64,000 nt of DNA from Candidatus Micrarchaeia archaeon (lineage in GTDB: Archaea > Micrarchaeota > Micrarchaeia > CAILAH01). This document shows positions 50,809 through 58,645 of this stretch, piece by piece. How positions within the stretch are numbered: the stretch's first letter is position 1; each line of letters opens with the position of its first letter. Under the pieces are notes generated by a model. That model had not been told where the DNA came from. It made no database searches and worked only from the letters and a program-made list of their open reading frames with translations. Position numbers and translations under genes: made by a program. The stretch covers positions 1 through 64,000 of the forward strand of contig JAVZCB010000003.1 of NCBI GenBank assembly GCA_038874595.1, written 5' to 3'.

Positions 50809-51321
50809 TTACCTATACGATTTCTGGAACCTCGCCCTTGCCTTCGGACCCTTATACTTCTTAGGTTCAACCCTGCGCGAGTCCTCAACAAGGAAGAACT
50901 TATCCCTCTTGTTAAATTCCTCCCGCAAAGATGGGTCTTTTGAATATTCAACAAGCGCCCGCGCAATTGCACACCTGACAGCCTGTGCCTGCCCCATCGG
51001 TCCTCCACCGTATACATTCACATCAATGTCAACGTTCTTAACAATCTTATCATCGGCAATAGTGAGCGGTTGGCTCATAATACTCCTAGCATAAGGATTT
51101 TGCACGGCACTGAGCAGTACTTTGTTCACGCGCACTACACCCCTACCTTTTCGGATGTATGCACGCGCCACTGCTTCTTTTCGTTTACCCCTTACAGTAA
51201 TCGCACTTGATTTTACAGGCATTTTCTTAGCAGGTGCAGCCGCCTTGGCTTTTGTATCTTTCGGCTTTGTGGCTTTCTGCACAGTTGTTTTCTCTTTTGG
51301 TTTTTCAACATTAGCCATCAT
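50809..51321 (-). CDS. rps9: 30S ribosomal protein uS9 with Lys/Ala-rich N-terminal extension
   Basis: GKRK.AVARA, GGG..GQA.A, ARARFQKSYR. Confidence 0.96.
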   Translation of the reverse strand: MMANVEKPKEKTTVQKATKPKDTKAKAAAPAKKMPVKSSAITVRGKRKEAVARAYIRKGRGVVRVNKVLLSAVQNPYARSIMSQPLTIADDKIVKNVDIDVNVYGGGPMGQAQAVRCAIARALVEYSKDPSLREEFNKRDKFFLVEDSRRVEPKKYKGPKARARFQKSYR

Positions 51322-51323
51322 AA

Positions 51324-51752
51324 TCACCTTGTCTTGTATGCGAGCGCTTCGCACAACTCCATTATTGTAATATACTTGTCCAGCTTATCCTTCCTGAAAG
51401 AATCGTTAAACTTGACTTTCTCACCTTTCAGGTTATCCTCAGAGCCGATATATACCCTTATTTTCTTGTATGCCATCTTCCCTTTTGGTTTATCATATGG
51501 CAACATACCGCGTATGATCCTCTTAACAAGCAGGTCGGGCCTCTTAGGCCATTTTGGTGAGTGCTCAGGATTTGCCCTATCCTTAACGCTTCTTCTATCC
51601 ACATATTTCTGTACAATGTAATTCCTATCCCCGCTCATTACCATCTTTTCAGCATTAAGTATGTGCACTTCCTCACCGCTCAGTGCAGTATGCGCCACGT
51701 ATGTGGCAACCCTTCCAACTATAAGCCCATCACCATCAATAATCTTAACCAT
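51324..51752 (-). CDS. rpl13: 50S ribosomal protein uL13
   Basis: IDG...IVGRVA, NAEK, IRGMLP. Confidence 0.96.
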   Translation of the reverse strand: MVKIIDGDGLIVGRVATYVAHTALSGEEVHILNAEKMVMSGDRNYIVQKYVDRRSVKDRANPEHSPKWPKRPDLLVKRIIRGMLPYDKPKGKMAYKKIRVYIGSEDNLKGEKVKFNDSFRKDKLDKYITIMELCEALAYKTR

Positions 51753-51756
51753 ACAT

Positions 51757-52110
51757 TCACCTCAGTATCCTCACACCCGTACCTTTGGGATTCTCCTTTA
51801 TGAGCTCTTCAATGGCCATCACCTTACCACCTGCACCCTCAATCCTCTTTTTTGCCGTATCAGTCCACGCATATGCAGCAACAATTATCTTGGTCTCAAT
51901 CAGACCGTCACCGAGCAGTTTCCCAGGTACAAGTGCAACCTCGCCGTCTTTTATGTTTTCTGCAACCTTTGAAATGTTTACAACAACCTGCCTCCTGCGC
52001 GGCAGTTGCAGCATCTCAGCTGTCGTTTTCCATACCGCGTTATTTTTGCCAAGCTTCTTGAGCTTAACTATAAGCTGTTTCAAATCTTCCTTTTCTGTTC
52101 CGCGAATCAT
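51757..52110 (-). CDS. rpl18e: 50S ribosomal protein eL18
   Basis: P.RR...VN.SK, VPGKLLG.G, NPKG. Confidence 0.95.
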   Translation of the reverse strand: MIRGTEKEDLKQLIVKLKKLGKNNAVWKTTAEMLQLPRRRQVVVNISKVAENIKDGEVALVPGKLLGDGLIETKIIVAAYAWTDTAKKRIEGAGGKVMAIEELIKENPKGTGVRILR

Positions 52111-52165
52111 ACTCACACCTTTTTTTTTCGTTCAGGCACGTTATATGTACCTCATACCAATATCA

Positions 52166-52251
52166 TGCAGGGGGAGCGATTTGAACGCTCGCAGGCGCTA
52201 GGCCATACGGCCCTCAACCGTACGCGTTTGACCAGGCTCCGCCACCCCTGC
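52166..52251 (-). tRNA. tRNA-Leu(GAG)
   Basis: GCAGGGG/CCCCTGC acceptor; TACGG-TTGAGGG-CCGTA; long variable arm. Confidence 0.95.
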
Positions 52252-52327
52252 TGAAAGGACGCATCCGCCCACTTCCACCCCCGGTATTTTCCATTCAGGA
52301 AAACCGAAGGTGTATCTTGCTCCCGTG

Positions 52328-52894
52328 TCAGAGCTCTTTCTCTATCTCCTTGCACCTCTCGATGAGCACGTTAAGTGCACGTTTCAACATATCCTTGGGT
52401 GGGATCTGGCCAAAGCTCTCTACAAAGAACTGGTACTCACCCACATCCTCATAGCTGTATGACACGATACCTGCCTGGAACTTTGCATGGTCCCTCCCCT
52501 TGCCTTTCCTTGCAACGCCTTCAAGGCGTAACACCTGCTTGTTGCCAAGCTCAATAACAGGCAGGTGCTTGTTTGCAACAGATACTTTAGGGGATGAGCT
52601 TTCCAAAGAAGAGGAAAGCACAAGCGCCGGCCCTTCAGCATTCAGGCTGAACATCACTTCATCATTTATCTTATCCGGTGTTGAAATAGGTATCTGGCCA
52701 ATCCTGTTTGCAATATACTCATCAAAGAAGGCAGAGCTGTTCTCGTAAATCGTAACCTTATCAATCGCATAGACAGGTAGCTGCCCCATGGTATACCTTC
52801 TGATTGCATTTGCAAAAGGCACCGAGACACCCTTGAGCTTGAATGTGAGCCTGTTTTCACTTTCCTTTAGCTCAGTAATCCCAATCTTGCTCAT
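52328..52894 (-). CDS. rpoD: RNA polymerase subunit Rpo3 (D), short form without the Fe-S domain
   Basis: FANAIRR, N.S...DE.IA.R.G.IP, G.G..HAKF, F.VES.G. Confidence 0.95.
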   Translation of the reverse strand: MSKIGITELKESENRLTFKLKGVSVPFANAIRRYTMGQLPVYAIDKVTIYENSSAFFDEYIANRIGQIPISTPDKINDEVMFSLNAEGPALVLSSSLESSSPKVSVANKHLPVIELGNKQVLRLEGVARKGKGRDHAKFQAGIVSYSYEDVGEYQFFVESFGQIPPKDMLKRALNVLIERCKEIEKEL

Positions 52895-53283
52895 ACTCTT
52901 CTACCTCTCCTTCCACCAGGCCTCTTTGTTGTATCCGTAGGTATCGGCGTCACATCATCTATCCTAAGTATCTTTAAGCCTGACCTTGCCAACGCCCTCA
53001 CAACTGCCTGTGCACCCGGCCCAGGTGTTTTTGAGTGGTGCCCGCCTTTTGCACGAATACGTATGTAAATTGCACTAATCCCCTTCTCTTTTGCAATATC
53101 AGCTGTCTTAAACGCAGCCTGCATTGCTGCATATGGTGACCCTTTAGACCTATCACTTTTTACTATCATACCACCTGTGCATTTAGCAAGCGTTTCAGCA
53201 CCGCTTAAATCAGTGAGCGTGATCACCGTGTTATTCTTTGAAGAGTGGACGTGTGCCACCGCAGTCTTCCTTTCACCTGCCAT
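52891..53283 (-). CDS. rps11: 30S ribosomal protein uS11
   Basis: [27 protein letters not shown]. Confidence 0.97.
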   Translation of the reverse strand: MAGERKTAVAHVHSSKNNTVITLTDLSGAETLAKCTGGMIVKSDRSKGSPYAAMQAAFKTADIAKEKGISAIYIRIRAKGGHHSKTPGPGAQAVVRALARSGLKILRIDDVTPIPTDTTKRPGGRRGRRV

Positions 53284-53284
53284 T

Positions 53285-53848
53285 TCACTCACCATCCTTT
53301 ACAGCTGGCACCTTATCTTTTTCATTTACAGGTGCAGCATTCTCAGCCATTTTAGGCTGGATATCTATTTTCCTATAATAGCTGATTGAATCCTCCTCGC
53401 TTAAGGACACTAGGTAACTTGGCACTGTTATTCTTTTACCACCAACGGCTATGTACCCGTGCGTGATAAGCTGTCTCGCTTGCTTTGGCGTTCTTGCGAG
53501 CCCTTTCTTGAACACGCGGGTCTGTAAGCGCCTCTCAAGCAGGTCCCTCACATTAAGAACCAGAAGATCATCAAGCGTGTACTCCTTGCCGTCAACTTGC
53601 TTCAGAAAACCATACTTCTTTACCCTGTCAAGGATTTCCTTTGCCTTCTCTTTCCCACTATCACCTGCAGCGAGCAGTTTTCTTGCGTTTGCCCTTATTC
53701 TCCTGAGCTCAGCACGCGCTTTCCAAACTTCCCTTGTGCTTTTGAGACCAAATTCAAGCTTGAGCTCGTTCTCCTCTGCAATACGCTCAGCATTCCATTC
53801 AGTTGGGGGCCTCTCAAATTTCTTTTTTGGTTTAATCGGGTCTCCCAT
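53285..53848 (-). CDS. rps4: 30S ribosomal protein uS4
   Basis: [19 protein letters not shown]. Confidence 0.97.
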   Translation of the reverse strand: MGDPIKPKKKFERPPTEWNAERIAEENELKLEFGLKSTREVWKARAELRRIRANARKLLAAGDSGKEKAKEILDRVKKYGFLKQVDGKEYTLDDLLVLNVRDLLERRLQTRVFKKGLARTPKQARQLITHGYIAVGGKRITVPSYLVSLSEEDSISYYRKIDIQPKMAENAAPVNEKDKVPAVKDGE

Positions 53849-53858
53849 AAAACATCAC

Positions 53859-54482
53859 CTACTTCTTCTCCTCCTTCTTGGCAGGTGCCTTTCCAGGCAT
53901 CTCTTTCTTTTTCACGACGCCAACGGAGCCGCCTTTCCTACCACGTGTCCTTGTCCTCTGGCCACGTACCTTCTTCCTGTACATATGACTGATGCCTCTC
54001 CAAGTTTTGCTCTTCATCTCCCTGTCAACATCCTGCTTGACTGCATAATCAAGGTCATTGCTAATCAGATGCATATCTTTCCCAGTAGTAAACTCTTTCC
54101 TTCTGTTCAGCATATACAATGGCAAACCGTTTTCTTGCGGGCTCGTGATTATAGACTCGATCTCTTCAAGCTGCGCATCACTCAGCTTACCGATAGGTAT
54201 ATTCTCATTCACCTTAAGTTTTTCAGCTGCTATTTCACTGCATACTTCCGCATATCTCCTTCCAACGCCTTTTACGTGGGATAATGCTTTTTTCATTGGC
54301 ACGTGCCCTTTTACATCCTTACCAGCGACACGTACGATACCCCGTATATCCTCTGCAGCGGGTTTCTCCCTGCTTTCGCTTTTCTTCTCTGAAGCAGCCT
54401 CCTTCTTATCCTTTGTGACATTCTTAGGTGGCACTTCAGAGGCTTTAATATTTGCCTTTTCAGCTTTTTCCTTGTCTGCCAA
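53859..54482 (-). CDS. rps13: 30S ribosomal protein uS13 with charged N-terminal extension (TTG start)
   Basis: IVRVAG.D, GVG, NRRK...G, VRGQRTR; AGGTGA SD. Confidence 0.96.
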   Translation of the reverse strand: MADKEKAEKANIKASEVPPKNVTKDKKEAASEKKSESREKPAAEDIRGIVRVAGKDVKGHVPMKKALSHVKGVGRRYAEVCSEIAAEKLKVNENIPIGKLSDAQLEEIESIITSPQENGLPLYMLNRRKEFTTGKDMHLISNDLDYAVKQDVDREMKSKTWRGISHMYRKKVRGQRTRTRGRKGGSVGVVKKKEMPGKAPAKKEEKK

Positions 54483-54625
54483 TTTATCACCTTAATCTAG
54501 TCTAGCCCGGCAGGTGCAGTGCACCATACAATACAAGGTACCACCCAGTATTGCGCCAGGGTCACCAACTCTCTCAGAACGAGAAAGCTATTTGTGCTAT
54601 TTTAGAAGGGGTTTATTTTTTAAAC

Positions 54626-54761
54626 CTTTCACTGATGGAGGGGGCACATCCCCCTCCCTCGTGTGTTCTACACCCACCCCCTGTTGATTAGTTTAAGGTG
54701 ATCTTTCACTGATGGAGGGGGCACATCCCCCTCCCTCGTGTGTTCTACACCCACCCCCTGT
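54626..54761. repeat. 59-bp exact direct repeat x2 (77-bp period) containing a hairpin
   Basis: Copies at 54626-54684 and 54703-54761; GGAGGGGG-CACAT-CCCCCTCC stem-loop. Confidence 0.93.
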
Positions 54762-54789
54762 AAATGTATAATATATTGTTTTTTAAAAG

Positions 54790-54987
54790 AGCGCCGAGGA
54801 GGAGACCTGGAGCTGTGCTGCAGGGTTTTTACCGGAGGTAAAACTCTGAGGCGCTCACCTATATATTTATCCATAAAAAAAGCGCCGAGGAGGAGACCTG
54901 GAGCTGTGCTGCAGGGTTTTTACCGGAGGTAAAACTCTGAAGCGCTCACCTATATATTTATCCATAAAAAAAGCGCCGAGGAGGAGA
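54790..54987 (-). repeat. 91-bp tandem repeat x2, each unit ending in the tRNA-Ser 3' exon
   Basis: GCGCCGAGGAGGAGA at 54791, 54882 and 54973 (the last is the tRNA itself); units nearly identical. Confidence 0.93.
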
Positions 54988-55243
54988 TTTCCATTGCAGC
55001 CAGCACTAAAGACAGCCGGCGATGCAATTTGAACTCCTAACCCCGTTAGGGGATACGCTGTCCTTTTTCTTTCGGTTTTTCGCCTTCGGCGAAAATCCTA
55101 AAGAAAACCGAAACTAAAAGAAAGAGACAAATCTCTTTCTTTGGTCTCGGGTTCCCTTTCTTAGGGAATGGGATTATAGGAGAAGATATACATCCTCACC
55201 TATACTCCAGGCGTACGCGTTAACCGGGTTCCGCCACCTCGGC
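54974..55243 (-). tRNA. tRNA-Ser(GGA) with two introns (37/38: 55060-55204; 59/60: 54988-55027)
   Basis: Exons join to GCCGAGGTGGCGGAACCCGGTTAACGCGTACGCCTGGAG|AGCGTATCCCCTAACGGGGTTAGGAGTTCAAA|TCTCCTCCTCGGCG; long variable arm, G73; usual position upstream of rps13. Confidence 0.88.
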
Positions 55244-55342
55244 GTAGGGAGCCGGCGCCCCCTACCACCCCGGCAACCGAAGCTGTAGGGAGCCGGCGCC
55301 CCCTACCACCCCGGCAACCGAAGCTGTAGGGAGCCGGCGCCC
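55244..55342. repeat. 41-bp GC-rich tandem repeat x2.4 abutting the tRNA-Ser 5' end
   Basis: GTAGGGAGCCGGCGCCCCCTACCACCCCGGCAACCGAAGCT at 55244 and 55285, partial copy at 55326; GTAGGG/CCCTAC stem. Confidence 0.93.
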
Positions 55343-55484
55343 ACACTTTTGCGCCTGCAAAAGGTGCCCGCAAACCACTCGGTTTGCTTGGCTTACATCT
55401 CTCTTGAAGATGCCTGTTGCGCTTATATGGCGATAATTGGATTTAATAAAGCTTAAATTAGTTGCAATGCTCTTTTGTGCTTAT

Positions 55485-56267
55485 ATGGCCACCCTCCCAA
55501 ACCTTTTCGTTTATATACCAACATACAATGTTTCGCGCCAGATATCCTCACTTATCACAGATTTAGAGTCGACACTTTCATCACTCAGGCGCTCTGGCCA
55601 TATAAGGGGCTATAAGATAATCTGTGTAAATGACGGCAGCACAGATGATACTTCTAAAATATTAGCCTCTCTCAAAAGAAAAGTTCGTTCGCTCGAGGTT
55701 ATCAGCTTCAGGAAGAATAAAGGTGTTGTGGACGCAACACTTGCAGGCATGTCGCGTGTAGCAAAGCTTTCAAAACCAGACGATATCGCTATACGAATGG
55801 ATTCGGATTATGAGCATAATCCAGACGATATTCCACGCCTTATTTCAGCTATTAAGGATACTTCTGTGCAGATGTGCTTTGCATACACACCGCTTGAAAT
55901 GAAATTAGGGTACCGTTTCTTCATGCTCAACTTTCTTATTGGTGGCTATGAGAACAAAAAACTGTTTGGTGTGTGGGCACCACAGTTCTGCCCCGGCTTT
56001 TTTGCAGCGCGCGCATCCTTGCTGAAATCCGTACTCACAGAAGTAAAAGCTGCTGTGAAGGAGTATGCACAGCGTTATTCATCGCAGATGATACATCTTG
56101 ACCTTTACATTGCGTACTTGGCATCCAGAAATGGAAAAGTGCGGTTTATCAAAGCGAGCCCAATCAAGCCAGAATGGATAATCAGGAAACCTCTTACAAA
56201 GGTATACAGGTATCTTGAAGCGCATAATAACTTTATGGAGTTCATCGCAGGGCGGAAGCCCCGTTGA
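55485..56267 (+). CDS. Glycosyltransferase family 2
   Basis: IPTYN, VNDGSTD, NKG, MDSD.EH.P. Confidence 0.9.
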   Translation: MATLPNLFVYIPTYNVSRQISSLITDLESTLSSLRRSGHIRGYKIICVNDGSTDDTSKILASLKRKVRSLEVISFRKNKGVVDATLAGMSRVAKLSKPDDIAIRMDSDYEHNPDDIPRLISAIKDTSVQMCFAYTPLEMKLGYRFFMLNFLIGGYENKKLFGVWAPQFCPGFFAARASLLKSVLTEVKAAVKEYAQRYSSQMIHLDLYIAYLASRNGKVRFIKASPIKPEWIIRKPLTKVYRYLEAHNNFMEFIAGRKPR

Positions 56268-56315
56268 GCTCTTTGTTCAAGCCAAAGCACACAACTTTAT
56301 AGAGTTCATCGCAGG
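56229..56315 (+). repeat. 23-bp direct repeat duplicating the GT2 3' region
   Basis: AACTTTAT(G/A)GAGTTCATCGCAGG at 56229-56251 and 56293-56315. Confidence 0.85.
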
Positions 56316-56387
56316 TTGCTAAGGTTTAAAAGGTTAAGTTGCTTATATTTGCGCGTCTCCGTCTTTGGTCAATAATAGGTGAAATTT

Positions 56388-56921
56388 ATGGGTTTAAGGC
56401 CGGCAAGAACTGTTAGGAGTGTAAGAGGTCCCCCGTGGACTAGGTATTCAAAGAAGAAGCCCCGCAAGTCATATGTTAAGTCAATGCCTCACAAGAATCT
56501 CAACACGTTTGAAACAGGCGAGCTTAAGCCAGACTATGATTTGTGTGCGTTCCTGGTTGCAAAAGAAGCTGTTCGTGTACGGGATAATGCGATTGAGGCT
56601 GCAAGGCAGATGGCCAACCGCCACCTTGAAAAGGCAATCTCAGGCAACTACAAGTTTTATGTGCGCAAGTACCCGCATGAAGTACTTCGTGAGAATAGGA
56701 TGCTTTCAGGTGCAGGTGCGGACCGTCTTTCAAAAGGGATGCGAAAGTCGTTTGGCAAGCCAAGTGACCTGGCAGCAAGGTTCAAAGCGGGTGATGTGGT
56801 TTTTGAAGTACGCACGTATTCCGCGAACGCTCCCCTTATAGCACAAGCATTTAGGAAAGCAAGCCAGAAAATGTCTGGCACATATACAGTTAAGTTAAGC
56901 ACAGTCAAGAAAGCAGCATAA
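56388..56921 (+). CDS. rpl10e: 50S ribosomal protein uL16 (L10e)
   Basis: LRPAR, A.EAAR, YPH.VLREN..GAGADR..GMR.SFGKP. Confidence 0.96.
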   Translation: MGLRPARTVRSVRGPPWTRYSKKKPRKSYVKSMPHKNLNTFETGELKPDYDLCAFLVAKEAVRVRDNAIEAARQMANRHLEKAISGNYKFYVRKYPHEVLRENRMLSGAGADRLSKGMRKSFGKPSDLAARFKAGDVVFEVRTYSANAPLIAQAFRKASQKMSGTYTVKLSTVKKAA

Positions 56922-57008
56922 TTTCTCCTTTTGCTTTTCACTTTCCATTTTTACCAATTCATAATATTTATATATTCGATATTCTCCAAACTCTCTATTG
57001 GTGTTCTG

Positions 57009-58622
57009 ATGGCGTATGTTTCAACAGATGTTGACCGTATACTTGAGTATGTAAAATCACGAAACAAGGCCGAATTAATAGAAGTTGCGAGGGCACTTGG
57101 CATGCGCGCCATGGAGGTTGACAAGTGGGCAAAGATACTTGAAAAACAGGGGCTCATTTCAATCCAATATGATATTACCAAGATGTACCTCGTCTGGAAA
57201 TCACAACCAGAAGAGCAGGAGTCTATAGATAAGTATATACACGAAGTAGGCCTTGCACATAACAGGGAGAAGGAAAGAGACCCTCCCGCACCTAAACCAT
57301 TAAACGCAAATGATATACATTCAAAACCAATCCTCGCACAGCCGTCACCCAAACATTCAAGTGGTAATTCTCCAGCAGTTACACCCAAGAAAACCCTAAA
57401 GAAGGATTCAGGGTTTCTGCACGGTGGTGCTTTCAATCTTTTTATATTAGGCAGAAAGGCAGATGTGGCGGTGCAAAAAGATAGCCAAGAACCATCTACT
57501 TCGCTTAAGCAGGCGACAAAGGAATATGTAAAAGAGAAGCCAGCTGAAAAAGTTCTTAAGAATGATAGCGGACAAACGAGAGAGCAAGCACATACAAAAA
57601 CAGGCCAGATACATGAAACCTCGCAGGCACTCCAAACCTCAAAATCAACAGCACGGTTTTTATTACCCTTCCTTTCTAGAAATACTTCAGAGAGACAGAA
57701 GGAAGATTCTGTGCCCTTGAAGCATCGTATTGATGCGGTTAACGAGGCCATCTCAGAAATTGCTGATATTAAGGCCGAGCGGGAGAAGCTGTACGCGCAG
57801 GAATACCTGCCGCTCATCGCAAGGCTTGATGCGCAAGTTTCGCAGCTTAATTCAAAAATTTCAGAGAGTGAATTCTCCCTATCCTCTATCAAGGGCAGGA
57901 TAGCCTCGCTACCAGATGCAGTTGCCTCAATTGATAGCGAGCTCAGGAAATCCGCAGAGGAAGCACGAAGGATAGAGAAGGAATACCTCGATAAATCAAG
58001 CTCAATCTCAAAGATGCAGGCCGACCTCTCAAAATTGCGTGAGGAGATACAGGCCGACCTCTCAAAATCAAAATCTGCGCTGAAATATTCTATGGATATG
58101 CTTGCATCTCTTGATGCTCAGATGTCTAAAGCGTCTTCGGTGCACCAGCAGGCGCTTGCGAGGATCAAAGAGGCAAAACAAAAGATTGAGGATGAGCAGG
58201 AGGTTATAGAGAAGATGGCAGCGCTTGTTGACGGCTCACAGATACAGGCCGAAGAGCTGCAGGCACAGATTTCAGATATAAAAAAGAAGGTTGAGCGTGC
58301 TAATGAAGATATCAAAAGCCTTGAATTGGCAAGCCAGAAAATCCAGGAGATAGAGCAGAAGCTAAGCACGCTCAAATCTGCTTACGATATGAAGGTTGGA
58401 GAGCTTAAAAGGCATGTCTCAATGCAGGAGTCGGAGATTAAGTCAATACGTGCTGTACTTGAAAAAGCGTACATCAGCAAATACCTGGAAGAGCTCAGGA
58501 AAATCAGTGCCGAGCAGGAGAAATCTGCACTTGAGGTAATGAGGAGAGACCAGGAGCTTGAGGACCGCCTGAACGCTGCACGCGAAAGGCTACAGAAGCT
58601 GCTGAAGGAAAGCGGGGAATAG
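57009..58622 (+). CDS. Winged-helix plus long coiled-coil protein
   Basis: N-terminal STDVD.IL...A..L......W..ILE..GLI.I.Y domain, low-complexity linker, about 300-aa heptad region. Confidence 0.75.
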   Translation: MAYVSTDVDRILEYVKSRNKAELIEVARALGMRAMEVDKWAKILEKQGLISIQYDITKMYLVWKSQPEEQESIDKYIHEVGLAHNREKERDPPAPKPLNANDIHSKPILAQPSPKHSSGNSPAVTPKKTLKKDSGFLHGGAFNLFILGRKADVAVQKDSQEPSTSLKQATKEYVKEKPAEKVLKNDSGQTREQAHTKTGQIHETSQALQTSKSTARFLLPFLSRNTSERQKEDSVPLKHRIDAVNEAISEIADIKAEREKLYAQEYLPLIARLDAQVSQLNSKISESEFSLSSIKGRIASLPDAVASIDSELRKSAEEARRIEKEYLDKSSSISKMQADLSKLREEIQADLSKSKSALKYSMDMLASLDAQMSKASSVHQQALARIKEAKQKIEDEQEVIEKMAALVDGSQIQAEELQAQISDIKKKVERANEDIKSLELASQKIQEIEQKLSTLKSAYDMKVGELKRHVSMQESEIKSIRAVLEKAYISKYLEELRKISAEQEKSALEVMRRDQELEDRLNAARERLQKLLKESGE

Positions 58623-58645
58623 CGGCAAGAAATGATGCGTATATA

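Noticed and set aside
54668-54932. Short ORFs across the repeats
   Set aside because: By-products of the tandem repeats; no recognisable protein features
54790-54987. Integrated mobile element at tRNA-Ser
   Set aside because: The att-like duplications enclose under 80 bp each and no integrase or transposase occurs in the window; kept only as a repeat finding
54626-55342. Repeats as a CRISPR array
   Set aside because: Units are duplicated in full with no unique spacers, copy numbers are 2-3, three different repeat sequences are involved, and no cas genes are present
56951-57892. 313-aa minus-strand ORF and similar long antisense ORFs (e.g. 20656-21363, 46433-47173, 53451-54284)
   Set aside because: Shadow frames of well-supported genes on the opposite strand
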